From assembly GCA_030157745.1 (NCBI GenBank), contig JAOAUE010000027.1, positions 1,314-47,665 of the forward strand: a stretch of 46,352 bases of DNA, read 5' to 3'. A program made the translations under genes and the position numbers. The DNA comes from Minisyncoccota bacterium (GTDB taxonomy: Bacteria > Patescibacteriota > Minisyncoccia > Phycocordibacterales > UBA9973). The notes under the pieces were generated by a model, which saw only the letters and a list, made by a program, of their open reading frames with translations, was not told the origin of the DNA and made no database searches. Positions 9,105 through 17,246 of this stretch are shown piece after piece. The first letter of the stretch is position 1. Each line of letters begins with the position of its first letter.

Positions 9105-9461
9105 ATGAGACACCACAACGCCAACAGAACATTTGGAAGAGATAAAAATCAAAGAAGCGCCCTTCTCAAAGGTCTTGCCGCGTCTCTTATTGAACATGGT
9201 AGTATTTTGACTACTGAAGCAAAAGCCAAAGAGCTTCGTCCGAAAGTAGAAAAAATGGTTACAAAAGCCAAAAATCCTACTCTAACAAACCGAAGACTTC
9301 TTCTTTCTTCTCTTTATAACAACACTTTTGTGGTGGATAGACTTATCGGAGAGATCGCCCCAAAATTTGAGAAACGTGCAGGCGGATACACTCGCATTAC
9401 AAAAGTAGTTCAAAGAGCTGGTGATGCTAGTAAAATGGCAGTAATAGAGTTTGTGAGTTAA
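9105..9461 (+). CDS. rplQ: 50S ribosomal protein L17
   Basis: MRHHNANRTFGRDKNQRSALLKGLAASLIEHGSILTTEAKAKELR. Confidence 0.95.
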   Translation: MRHHNANRTFGRDKNQRSALLKGLAASLIEHGSILTTEAKAKELRPKVEKMVTKAKNPTLTNRRLLLSSLYNNTFVVDRLIGEIAPKFEKRAGGYTRITKVVQRAGDASKMAVIEFVS

Positions 9462-9466
9462 TTATT

Positions 9467-9814
9467 ATGGAATACACAGTAGATGCAACAAATAAATCCC
9501 TAGGACGAGTAGCTACAGAAGTGGCATCTTTGCTCATGGGCAAAAATACAACTTCTTTTGTAAGAAACGAGACACCAAATGCAAAGGTGACTATCGTTAA
9601 TGCTTCAAAGATAACTATCCCAAACCAAAACAAACTTTTGGAAAAGACTTACAACTCTTTTTCAGGCTATCCAGGTGGACTCAAGCAATCAACAATGGCA
9701 CATGTAGTTTCTACAAAAGGCTACAGTGAAGTACTAAGACAAGCTGTCAAAGGCATGCTTCCAAAAAACCGCCTTCAAACAACTCTTATGAAGAACTTAA
9801 AGGTTAGCGAATAA
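9467..9814 (+). CDS. rplM: 50S ribosomal protein L13 (short, 115 aa)
   Basis: VDATNKSLGRVATEVASLLMGK and AVKGMLPKNRL are L13 motifs. Confidence 0.9.
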   Translation: MEYTVDATNKSLGRVATEVASLLMGKNTTSFVRNETPNAKVTIVNASKITIPNQNKLLEKTYNSFSGYPGGLKQSTMAHVVSTKGYSEVLRQAVKGMLPKNRLQTTLMKNLKVSE

Positions 9815-9834
9815 TAATTTTAAATACTGCTTAT

Positions 9835-10239
9835 ATGGAAAAATCAAAGAAAACATACATAGAAACTATCGGCCGACGCAAAACTTCAACTGCGCGTGTT
9901 CGTATGACTCCTAGCACAAAGCAAAGCTACGAGATCAACGACAAAGATTTGGCTACTTATTTCGCAACTACAGAACTTCAAAAGATAGTTACAGATGCTT
10001 TTACTACACTAGATAGCAAGTCTCACTACAGTATCACTGTTAAAGTCTCTGGTGGTGGTATCCACTCTCAAGCTGAAGCTATCCGCCATGGTATCTCTCG
10101 TGGACTTGTAAAAGAAGAAGAGGGCACAAAAACAACTCTCAAAAAAGCTGGCTTCCTCAAGCGTGATCCTCGCATGAAAGAACGACGCAAATTCGGTCTC
10201 AAAAAGGCGCGTAAGGCTCCACAATGGTCTAAGCGTTAA
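9835..10239 (+). CDS. rpsI: 30S ribosomal protein S9
   Basis: GRRKTSTARV near the N-terminus, GGGIHSQAEAIRHGISRGL, and C-terminal RKAPQWSKR. Confidence 0.95.
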   Translation: MEKSKKTYIETIGRRKTSTARVRMTPSTKQSYEINDKDLATYFATTELQKIVTDAFTTLDSKSHYSITVKVSGGGIHSQAEAIRHGISRGLVKEEEGTKTTLKKAGFLKRDPRMKERRKFGLKKARKAPQWSKR

Positions 10240-10247
10240 AAACAATC

Positions 10248-10270
10248 AAGTCCCGTATGGGGGCTTTTTT
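10248..10270 (+). terminator. intrinsic terminator after rpsI
   Basis: AAGTCCC / GGGGGCTT hairpin followed by a T6 run. Confidence 0.6.
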
Positions 10271-10319
10271 GTTTGACAAACAAATATTTGTGAGTAATAT
10301 CAAGAAAAACTACAACATT

Positions 10320-10559
10320 ATGGAAATATTAGAAAGTCTTCAAGAAGGGGTTTACGTCTTACTGGTGACCAAATCAGGGCTCCTTATCAAAGGTACAGTG
10401 AAAAATGTATCTAAAGAAAAAAAGATTGTTACCCTCGAAAAAGAGGAGGATGAGGAAAGAGTTGAGTTCCTTCAATCTGGTAATGGTGCGGTCTATACAG
10501 CAAAAACAGTAGAGGTGGATTTTGATTTTATTGGAGCAATAGGAATAGATCCTACCTAA
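10320..10559 (+). CDS. hypothetical small protein (79 aa)
   Basis: The tracked ORF start at 10257 lies inside the rpsI terminator hairpin. The ATG at 10320 (MEILESLQEG) is the first plausible start. No motif recognised. Confidence 0.45.
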   Translation: MEILESLQEGVYVLLVTKSGLLIKGTVKNVSKEKKIVTLEKEEDEERVEFLQSGNGAVYTAKTVEVDFDFIGAIGIDPT

Positions 10560-10567
10560 GCTCTACC

Positions 10568-10595
10568 AGCCCGGACACATAGTCGGGCTTTTTTG
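10568..10595 (+). terminator. hairpin terminator (AGCCCGGAC-ACATA-GTCGGGCT + T-run)
   Basis: Read directly. The same stem appears in inverse orientation at 10930-10950. Confidence 0.7.
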
Positions 10596-10640
10596 TTTAT
10601 GGTTAAATTATATGCTATAAAGATACAAATTGTAACGATT

Positions 10641-10916
10641 ATGAAAAATACAGGAAACATAGATCCACTAAAAAAATGGGAGTATATTCTTGAAAAAGAA
10701 AGAATAGACTTTAAAAAATTTGAAGACGGTCTTCAGGCAAGAATAGATAAAAGGGATGGGGAAGGTCACAGTACATTGCAAATTAACATATACTACAACA
10801 AATCAATTGGAGTATTTGCTAATTTCAAAGGATTGGGTGAACTAGTCCCAAAACTCACTCCTACTGAAGCGATTGAAAAGTTCAAAACATACAAACTCGC
10901 TTTTTTTAGTAATTAG
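10641..10916 (+). CDS. hypothetical small protein (91 aa)
   Basis: The tracked ORF start at 10593 overlaps the terminator T-run (10568-10595). The ATG at 10641 (MKNTGNIDPL) is preferred. No motif recognised. Confidence 0.45.
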   Translation: MKNTGNIDPLKKWEYILEKERIDFKKFEDGLQARIDKRDGEGHSTLQINIYYNKSIGVFANFKGLGELVPKLTPTEAIEKFKTYKLAFFSN

Positions 10917-10929
10917 CTCTCTTAAATCA

Positions 10930-10957
10930 AGCCCGACTATGTGTCGGGCTTTTTTTA
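10930..10957 (+). terminator. hairpin terminator (AGCCCGAC-TATGT-GTCGGGCT + T-run)
   Basis: Read directly. Its loop is the reverse complement of the loop at 10577-10581. Confidence 0.7.
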
Positions 10958-11000
10958 TTTAAAAAAATAAATATACCAATACTACAGAATAAAAAAGTAA

Positions 11001-11049
11001 CTTTGGTCTCAAGAATGCCCGAAAAGCTCCACAATGACCTACTATAAAG
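11001..11049 (+). repeat. degenerate copy of the last ~45 nt of rpsI
   Basis: Ungapped alignment to 10191-10239. I count 31 of the first 40 positions identical, including the 11-mer GCTCCACAATG (10216-10226 and 11026-11036). It is followed by its own terminator at 11051-11075. Confidence 0.65.
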
Positions 11050-11050
11050 A

Positions 11051-11075
11051 AAAGCCCCCGAAAAAGGGGCTTTTT
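11051..11075. terminator. bidirectional hairpin terminator
   Basis: AAAGCCCC / GGGGCTTT stem flanked by A- and T-runs. It lies downstream of both the rpsI-copy segment (+) and the 11098..11526 gene (-). Confidence 0.65.
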
Positions 11076-11097
11076 GCTTACTATTTGTTAACTTGTG

Positions 11098-11526
11098 CTA
11101 TAAGGGTTTTATGTAGGAACCTGTTCCATCTTTAGGAAAATGAATTCTTGTACCCTTATCATAGTAAAACTCCATATATGTTCCCATGTCGCTTACTAAC
11201 CACTTTTTTTCATCAGGCATCCAGATCACTCCAATTTGGTTGAAATAAATACCTTCCTGATAGAAAAATATATTTGGTATAAGGCGCTCCGTGTTTTTTG
11301 ATAAAATTAACGGGCCTTCTGTCCCAGATATCTGCTTAGATATCAATAAATTAATATCATGGTTTGCACTTTTCTGTGAGTTGTAACAGTATATCTTATT
11401 ACTTCTCATGAGTTCGACAACATTGTCTACTTCTCGCGCAAGTGTGATATACCTTTTACTTTGTGCAGTCGCATGGAACGTACAAGTCAGTACAAAAAAT
11501 AAGCTGGAAAAGAGTTTATATTTCAT
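11098..11526 (-). CDS. secreted hypothetical protein
   Basis: From the ATG at 11526 the N-terminus MKYKLFSSLFFVLTCTFHATAQ looks like a signal peptide. No domain recognised. Confidence 0.5.
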   Translation of the reverse strand: MKYKLFSSLFFVLTCTFHATAQSKRYITLAREVDNVVELMRSNKIYCYNSQKSANHDINLLISKQISGTEGPLILSKNTERLIPNIFFYQEGIYFNQIGVIWMPDEKKWLVSDMGTYMEFYYDKGTRIHFPKDGTGSYIKPL

Positions 11527-11632
11527 AATAACATTTTTTATAATTATATCATATATTAACAGCAATGTCAATGTGCTCCAACCCTTTTATTAGGGCTTTT
11601 TTGTTGGTTAATTTTCTGTATAATATGCTCGT

Positions 11633-12178
11633 ATGGAAGAAGAAAATGACATTACTATAGAAGAATCCACCGAAGAAGGTGGGGTTATTTCTGCTGGCAA
11701 CAAAGTCAAGAAGCTTCAAGACCGCATCAAGGAACTTGAAAAAGAAAAGGCTGAATATCTCGACGGCTGGCAACGCGCTCGGGCTGACTATGCCAACCTC
11801 CAAAAGTCTACTGATGAAGACAAAAAGAGGATGCGGAGCCTTTTTGAGGAGAGCTTCATAGAAGAGCTATTACCGACAGTTGATAGTTTTCTCATGGCGA
11901 TGAGCAACAAAGAAGCATGGGGGAAAGTAGACCCAGCTTGGCGCACAGGTGTGGAGTATATCTACAACCAACTCATGAATACTTTGGAAGCTAGAGGCTT
12001 GAAAGTTTTTGGCGAAATAGGAGAGGCTTTTGATCCAGCTCGTCATGAAGCAGTAGGAGAAGAGGCGACAGAAGATACAAAGCTAGATCACAAAATAGCG
12101 AAAGTAAACCAAAAAGGCTTTATGCTCGGAGAGTCTATCCTGCGACCGGCTCGTGTAATTGTTTACGCTAAAAAATAA
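11633..12178 (+). CDS. grpE: nucleotide exchange factor GrpE
   Basis: Coiled-coil N-terminus followed by RARADYANLQK, LLPTVDSF and FDPARHEAV motifs. Confidence 0.9.
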   Translation: MEEENDITIEESTEEGGVISAGNKVKKLQDRIKELEKEKAEYLDGWQRARADYANLQKSTDEDKKRMRSLFEESFIEELLPTVDSFLMAMSNKEAWGKVDPAWRTGVEYIYNQLMNTLEARGLKVFGEIGEAFDPARHEAVGEEATEDTKLDHKIAKVNQKGFMLGESILRPARVIVYAKK

Positions 12179-12193
12179 GTTTATAATTGTTTT

Positions 12194-12478
12194 ATGAAAA
12201 AAGTTGTAAAGAAGACTACAACCGAAAAGCATGTCACCGAAAAAACTTTTGAAAAAGCGATGGTTTCTATTGCCAAGTCTTTTGCTCGTACAGAAGATCG
12301 ATTTGATAGGATAGAAAAAAACTTTGACCGTGTTTTTGGTGAACTAAAAAATATTCGAGAGGATAATCATGACTTCAAGAACAGAATGTTGGTAACAGAA
12401 ATCACAACTTTAAAACATGATCAAAAAATTGAAAATATGCTCTCTAGAATAGAGAAACTAGAAGCAAAAATAAAATAA
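12194..12478 (+). CDS. hypothetical coiled-coil protein (94 aa)
   Basis: ORF track. It has a charged heptad-like composition and no recognised motif. Confidence 0.4.
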   Translation: MKKVVKKTTTEKHVTEKTFEKAMVSIAKSFARTEDRFDRIEKNFDRVFGELKNIREDNHDFKNRMLVTEITTLKHDQKIENMLSRIEKLEAKIK

Positions 12479-12479
12479 G

Positions 12480-12983
12480 TTATTTCACCATCTCAAAAAA
12501 GGCTTTGCGGGTTTCGGTGTCGATGTTATCTGTGACAAAGACCATGAGCTCGGTAGTTAGACCAAAGTCTTTTTTGATATTGGCAAAGAGGTATTCGTAG
12601 GGGAAAGGAGAGATCCAGACACTATTTTTCAGACACACAAAACCAGCCTTTTTGAGGAGATATCGGAGAGCTTCTCTCTCGTCCTTTCGACTCTCTGGAA
12701 GGTCTAGGAGTGCTATGCGCCACTTGCCATCCCAAGCAGGAGTGATGTTGGTGGTGTCTTGCTCCAAAGAGAGGCTATGTAGCTTCCTTCTGCCGGCCTT
12801 TGTGAGCTTCACATAATCATTTTGACCACTATAGTGGTTCTCCACCAAGCCAGACTCCGAAAGCCCTCTGAGAGAGCGTTTTAGCGCATTTTGAGGCCCT
12901 AGGTGACCCATTTCAGATACTACCAAAGCCGGCTTTTCAGCCAATAATTTCAATATTTTTTTAGAAAAAGATTGTTTTTGCAT
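12480..12983 (-). CDS. PaaX-like winged-helix transcriptional regulator
   Basis: wHTH-like LKRSLRGLSESGLVE..VKLTKAGRRKL is followed by WDGKWRIALLDLPESRKDEREALRYLLKKAGFVCLKNSVWISP, the pattern I associate with PaaX-family C-terminal domains. Start taken at the ATG at 12983. Confidence 0.6.
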   Translation of the reverse strand: MQKQSFSKKILKLLAEKPALVVSEMGHLGPQNALKRSLRGLSESGLVENHYSGQNDYVKLTKAGRRKLHSLSLEQDTTNITPAWDGKWRIALLDLPESRKDEREALRYLLKKAGFVCLKNSVWISPFPYEYLFANIKKDFGLTTELMVFVTDNIDTETRKAFFEMVK

Positions 12984-12989
12984 AAATAG

Positions 12990-13018
12990 TTGACAAACCA
13001 ATAATTATCTGCTAAGAT
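12990..13018 (+). promoter_or_regulatory. sigma70-type promoter TTGACA-N17-TAAGAT
   Basis: TTGACA 12990-12995, 17-nt spacer ending in TGC, TAAGAT 13013-13018. Two further TGCTATAAT extended -10 boxes lie at 13032-13040 and 13057-13065. Confidence 0.55.
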
Positions 13019-13081
13019 ATGATTAGAAATTTGCTATAATTTTTTTTGTATATATATGCTATAATATCGATGTAAATCGGG

Positions 13082-13109
13082 CCCCTCTTTACAAAAAGAG
13101 GGGTTTTTT
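13082..13109 (+). terminator. intrinsic terminator in the paaX-like/dnaK intergenic region
   Basis: Perfect 9-bp stem CCCCTCTTT / AAAGAGGGG with a 4-nt loop and a T6 run. Confidence 0.75.
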
Positions 13110-13115
13110 ATTTTC

Positions 13116-13144
13116 TTGACACAAAAAAAGGATAGCACTATACT
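13116..13144 (+). promoter_or_regulatory. dnaK promoter TTGACA-N17-TATACT
   Basis: Read directly. It leaves a ~100-nt leader that contains the inverted repeat CAAGTATTT / AAATACTTG and a direct repeat ATTTTGCG. Confidence 0.6.
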
Positions 13145-13246
13145 TACTTTTGTACAAGTATTTTGCGACCACGAAAAGACTGTTAAATACTTGATTTTGC
13201 GTTATCTTTCAACTTTATAAACTTTATAACTTTTAACTAACTACAT

Positions 13247-15121
13247 ATGGGAAAAATAATTGGAATTGACCTCGGAACTACAAACAGCGCTGTTGCCATC
13301 ATCGAAGGTGGACAGCCAAAAATTATAGAAAATATCGAAGGCGCACGAACTACTCCATCTATTGTGGCAGTGGGCAAAAATGGCGACCGCCTTGTTGGCC
13401 TTCTTGCAAAAAGACAAGCAGTAACAAACCCTCAAAATACTATCTACGGTGTGAAGCGCTTCATGGGACACAAATACGATGATCACGGAATGGAAAAAGT
13501 GATCAAGACTTCTCCTTTTTCTGTGACAAAAGATATCAACGGTGGCGCACTTATCAAGCTCGGCGACAAAGACTCACGCCCAGAAGAAATCTCAGCGATG
13601 ATACTCCAAAAGATCAAAGCAGATGTCGAAGCCAAGCTCGGAGAAAAAGTTACAGAAGCTATCATCACCGTACCAGCATACTTCAACGACGCACAACGAA
13701 AAGCTACCAAAGACGCTGGTGCTATCGCAGGACTAGATGTGAAGCGTATCATCAACGAGCCGACAGCAGCGGCACTTGCTTATGGCTTTAACAACAAAAA
13801 GAATGAAAAAATAGTTGTTTATGACTTTGGAGGTGGGACATTTGACGTTTCAGTTCTCGAAGTTACAGAAGATGTTATAGAGGTGAAAAGTACAGATGGA
13901 GACTCACTCATGGGAGGCCGTGATATCGATCTCAAGATCATCAACTGGATAGCAGAAGAATTCAAAAAGCAAAGTGGTGTCGATGTTTCAAAGGATCCAC
14001 TAGCTCTACAGCGTCTGGATGAAGCTGCAGAAAAAGCAAAGATAGAACTCTCTACAACACCAGAAACTGAGATCAACATTCCATTTATCACTTCGACTGA
14101 CGCTGGACCACAGCACTTGCTCCTCAAGATGTCTCGCGCAAAGCTTGAAGAGCTAGCTGATGAATTCATCGCACAGTCTATCGACATCACCAAGCGAGCT
14201 GTTGAAGCCTCTCCATTTAAAAAAGAAGAGATCAACGAAATCATCATGGTCGGAGGACAAACTCGCATGCCAAAGATAGTCGAAGAGGTACAAAAGTTCT
14301 TTGGCAAAGAGCCAAACAGATCTATCAACCCAGATGAAGTTGTAGCGCTCGGTGCCGCAGTACAAGGAGGTGTACTCCAAGGAGATGTGCGCGATGTGCT
14401 TCTTCTTGATGTTATACCTCTATCTCTAGGGATAGAAACTATGGGAGGAGTTGCAACAAAACTTGTTGAAAGAAATACAACTATTCCTTCATCAAAGAGC
14501 CAGATATTTTCTACCGCAGCTGACAATCAAACTTCTGTTGAGATTCATATCACTCAAGGTGAGCGCCCTATGGCAAGCGACAACAAGAGTCTTGGACGAT
14601 TTATCCTCGATGGTATCGCTCCAGCACCTCGTGGTATCCCACAAGTAGAGGTGACATTTGATGTTGATGCCAACGGTATTCTATCAGTGAAAGCAAAAGA
14701 CAAAGCCACAGGCAAAGAACAGTCTATCCGCATCGAAGCTTCTTCTGGTCTTTCAGCAGACGATATCGAAAAAATGAAAAAGGATGCTGAACTCCATGCT
14801 GATGAAGACGCCAAAAAGAAAGAACTCGCTGATATCAAAAACACAGCCGACCTTACTATCTTTACAGCCGAGAAATCTCTCGTTGATCACAAGGACAAAA
14901 TCACTGAAGAGATCAAGACTGGTGTTGAAGCAAAGATTGCGTCTCTCAAAACAGCAAAAGACGGAACAGACAAAGCCGCTATCGAAACTGCGATTCATGA
15001 ACTCTCAACAGAAATGCAAAAGATAGGGGAAATAGTTGCTTCGGCAAGCTCAGCACAAGAAAAAAATGAATCCTCAGAAGGATCAGTAAAAGACGCGGAA
15101 GGGGAAGAAAAGGCGGAGTAA
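13247..15121 (+). CDS. dnaK: molecular chaperone DnaK (Hsp70)
   Basis: [17 protein letters not shown] and VGGQTRMP motifs. Full-length at 624 aa. Confidence 0.98.
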   Translation: MGKIIGIDLGTTNSAVAIIEGGQPKIIENIEGARTTPSIVAVGKNGDRLVGLLAKRQAVTNPQNTIYGVKRFMGHKYDDHGMEKVIKTSPFSVTKDINGGALIKLGDKDSRPEEISAMILQKIKADVEAKLGEKVTEAIITVPAYFNDAQRKATKDAGAIAGLDVKRIINEPTAAALAYGFNNKKNEKIVVYDFGGGTFDVSVLEVTEDVIEVKSTDGDSLMGGRDIDLKIINWIAEEFKKQSGVDVSKDPLALQRLDEAAEKAKIELSTTPETEINIPFITSTDAGPQHLLLKMSRAKLEELADEFIAQSIDITKRAVEASPFKKEEINEIIMVGGQTRMPKIVEEVQKFFGKEPNRSINPDEVVALGAAVQGGVLQGDVRDVLLLDVIPLSLGIETMGGVATKLVERNTTIPSSKSQIFSTAADNQTSVEIHITQGERPMASDNKSLGRFILDGIAPAPRGIPQVEVTFDVDANGILSVKAKDKATGKEQSIRIEASSGLSADDIEKMKKDAELHADEDAKKKELADIKNTADLTIFTAEKSLVDHKDKITEEIKTGVEAKIASLKTAKDGTDKAAIETAIHELSTEMQKIGEIVASASSAQEKNESSEGSVKDAEGEEKAE

Positions 15122-15126
15122 GACAC

Positions 15127-15155
15127 TTGACAATTTAGGGGCAACATGCTAAGAT
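15127..15155 (+). promoter_or_regulatory. promoter TTGACA-N17-TAAGAT directly after the dnaK stop
   Basis: TTGACA 15127-15132, spacer ending in TGC, TAAGAT 15150-15155. Confidence 0.6.
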
Positions 15156-15161
15156 TAACTT

Positions 15162-15250
15162 AGAACATAAACATGACTACATCTTACTTAGCCATGTTGG
15201 TAATTTAGGAGTTAACAGAAGGGTTGCCGTTTCCACGGGAACCCTTTTTT
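15162..15250 (+). ncRNA. candidate small RNA (~90 nt) bounded by a promoter and an intrinsic terminator
   Basis: The promoter is at 15127-15155. The terminator GGGTTGCCG / CGGGAACCC plus T6 is at 15221-15250. No ORF longer than about 11 codons lies between them. Confidence 0.4.
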
Positions 15251-15567
15251 GTTTCTAGCTTATATATGATTTTGTGTTAAAATAGCTTGTATGAATCACG
15301 TACGAAACCGCGGTCACGGTTACGTATAGTGGTACAAAAGTTATATTTCTAAATTGGACTTTTATTAACGCTATAATAATTAAAACAGAGAGTAGACCGC
15401 GACCTGTTTCGTACGTGATGAACAAGAAGAGAAAAATCGCTGCAAAAAAGAAAAGAAAAGCTGACGGGAAAACAGTCAGTCTGCGCCACCGCTAATATTG
15501 GCGAGATAACCAAGACTTACAAAAAGAAAGTCCCGCCAAAAACGGGACTTTCTTTAAATTAAAAACA

Positions 15568-16644
15568 ATGTCAAAAGACTATTACAAAACATTAGGAATA
15601 GAAAAAAGCGCTTCTAAAGAAGAAGTCAAAAAAGCCTTTCATAAAATGGCGCACAAATACCATCCTGACAAAAAGGATGGGGATGAAGCCAAGTTCAAGG
15701 AGGTCAACGAAGCCTACCAAGTCCTCTCTGATGATCAGAAGCGCTCAGCTTATGATCAGTTCGGTTCTGATGGCCCGCAATTTGGCGGAGGTGGAGCAGG
15801 CTTTGATGGTTTTGACTTCGGTAATTTCTCTGGGGGTTTTTCACAAGGTCAAGGTGGCTTTGAGTTTGATATAGGCGACATGTTCGGCAGTATGTTTGGT
15901 GGAGGTGGACGCCGTGGCAAACCTCGCGGAGCCGATTTGCAAACAAACATGACTATAGATTTCAAAGAATCAGTCTTTGGTGTAGAAAAAGAACTCAAGG
16001 TAACCAAACCTTCTGTTTGCAACACTTGTAAGGGCGATGGCGCAACTCCTGGTACCAAACTTCACGAGTGCGATAAATGTAAAGGTTCTGGAACTATACG
16101 CACAGTACAGCGCACCATCATCGGACAAATAGCGACCAACGCTACTTGTGACAAATGTCACGGAGTCGGCAAAATACCAAAGGATCCTTGCAAAACTTGT
16201 CGGGGAACTGGTGTTGTAAATGACACTCGCACTATTCGCATAACTGTCCCAGCCGGAATTCAAAACGGCGAGACACTCAGGCTCTCAGGTATGGGCGAAG
16301 CAGTCCAAGGCGGGCAAGCAGGAGACTTGTATGTACACATCTCTGTTGCTCCACACAAAAATATTTCTAGAAAAGGCGCAGACTTGTATGCAAACCTAGA
16401 TATTCGTCTTACCGATGCGCTTCTTGGAAATACTTATGAGATAGAGACACTAGACGGAACAAAAAAAGTAGAAGTTCCTAGTGGCACAAAGATAAATTCC
16501 CAAGTAGTTTTGAAAGGTCTTGGTGTGCCGACCAGCCGAAGTCATCGCGGGAACTTTGTGGTAAACCTCAATATCAAAATGCCAGAAAAACTTTCCAAAG
16601 AAGCTAAAGCGCTAGTAGAGGAACTCAAAAAAGAGGGGATATAA
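15568..16644 (+). CDS. dnaJ: molecular chaperone DnaJ
   Basis: J domain with HPD (KYHPDK), a G/F-rich linker, and four CxxCxGxG zinc-finger repeats. Confidence 0.97.
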   Translation: MSKDYYKTLGIEKSASKEEVKKAFHKMAHKYHPDKKDGDEAKFKEVNEAYQVLSDDQKRSAYDQFGSDGPQFGGGGAGFDGFDFGNFSGGFSQGQGGFEFDIGDMFGSMFGGGGRRGKPRGADLQTNMTIDFKESVFGVEKELKVTKPSVCNTCKGDGATPGTKLHECDKCKGSGTIRTVQRTIIGQIATNATCDKCHGVGKIPKDPCKTCRGTGVVNDTRTIRITVPAGIQNGETLRLSGMGEAVQGGQAGDLYVHISVAPHKNISRKGADLYANLDIRLTDALLGNTYEIETLDGTKKVEVPSGTKINSQVVLKGLGVPTSRSHRGNFVVNLNIKMPEKLSKEAKALVEELKKEGI

Positions 16645-16650
16645 AAAAGA

Positions 16651-16678
16651 AAAAGTCCTGATTACTCAGGACTTTTTT
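16651..16678. terminator. bidirectional terminator between dnaJ and the convergent membrane-protein gene
   Basis: GTCCTGA / TCAGGAC stem flanked by A- and T-runs. Confidence 0.7.
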
Positions 16679-16679
16679 G

Positions 16680-17180
16680 TTAAACATTTTCTAAATGCTC
16701 GTGCTTGTGGGGGATAAGGTGCGACAAAACACAACCAACTATTCCACCGAGGACAAAATAAACCATCAGAGATTCATGCTCGCTGTGTGAACTAAAGTCA
16801 TCTATATACTTTGGTAAAAACAAATATATAGAACCTATAGCCACAACACCTGAAAGGAAAAGTGGTATTTTGGCTTTTTTAAAGTGCTTGCTTGTTTCCC
16901 CAAAAAGAAAAATGAAATCAAGAGCGACATGAAAAAAGAACCAGAAAGCTACCCCACCGTATACTGGATGAGCACTATACTCTATGGCCTCAAGCACCAT
17001 ATGCACCAAAAGAAAAAGGATGCTCAAAATACTAGAAAAGCGATGAGCAAAAATAGCCAACAAAAATCCTCCAAAGATTAGAGGCACTGACCAATTTGGC
17101 TCAAAACCAGTTTCGGCTATATGTACACTGAGGGCTACAAGGTAGCCAAAAAGAAATACTTTCCAAAGAATATTTTTCAT
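16680..17180 (-). CDS. His-rich polytopic membrane protein, unknown function
   Basis: 166 aa with about 5 TM segments. Histidines recur in or near the TM segments and at the C-terminus (HLIPHKHEHLENV). Confidence 0.5.
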   Translation of the reverse strand: MKNILWKVFLFGYLVALSVHIAETGFEPNWSVPLIFGGFLLAIFAHRFSSILSILFLLVHMVLEAIEYSAHPVYGGVAFWFFFHVALDFIFLFGETSKHFKKAKIPLFLSGVVAIGSIYLFLPKYIDDFSSHSEHESLMVYFVLGGIVGCVLSHLIPHKHEHLENV

Positions 17181-17246
17181 AATTTATGATTAAAAGTTTA
17201 CCACACTTTACAGTATTTTTATGGAAAGTAAATAGATGATAGGTAT

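Noticed and set aside
13100-13246. Looked for a CIRCE (HrcA) or HAIR (HspR) operator upstream of dnaK, and also upstream of grpE and dnaJ.
   Set aside because: There is no TTAGCACTC-N9-GAGTGCTAA and no CTTGAGT-N7-ACTCAAG. Only a partial TAGCACT inside the promoter spacer is present, which is not enough to call.
13819-14526. 235-aa ORF on the minus strand inside dnaK, together with the other antisense ORFs at 13483-13755, 14554-14844 and 14753-14998.
   Set aside because: They lie entirely within the strongly supported dnaK frame. Their Ser/Pro/Thr-rich, low-complexity translations are typical of shadow frames, and they have no start context or motifs.
15418-15495. Whether the 25-aa basic peptide is a known small ribosomal protein (L34, L36, bS21, bS22 or Thx).
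   Set aside because: It shows no convincing similarity to any of these as I remember them. It is kept only as part of the dnaK-dnaJ spacer finding and is not annotated as a gene.
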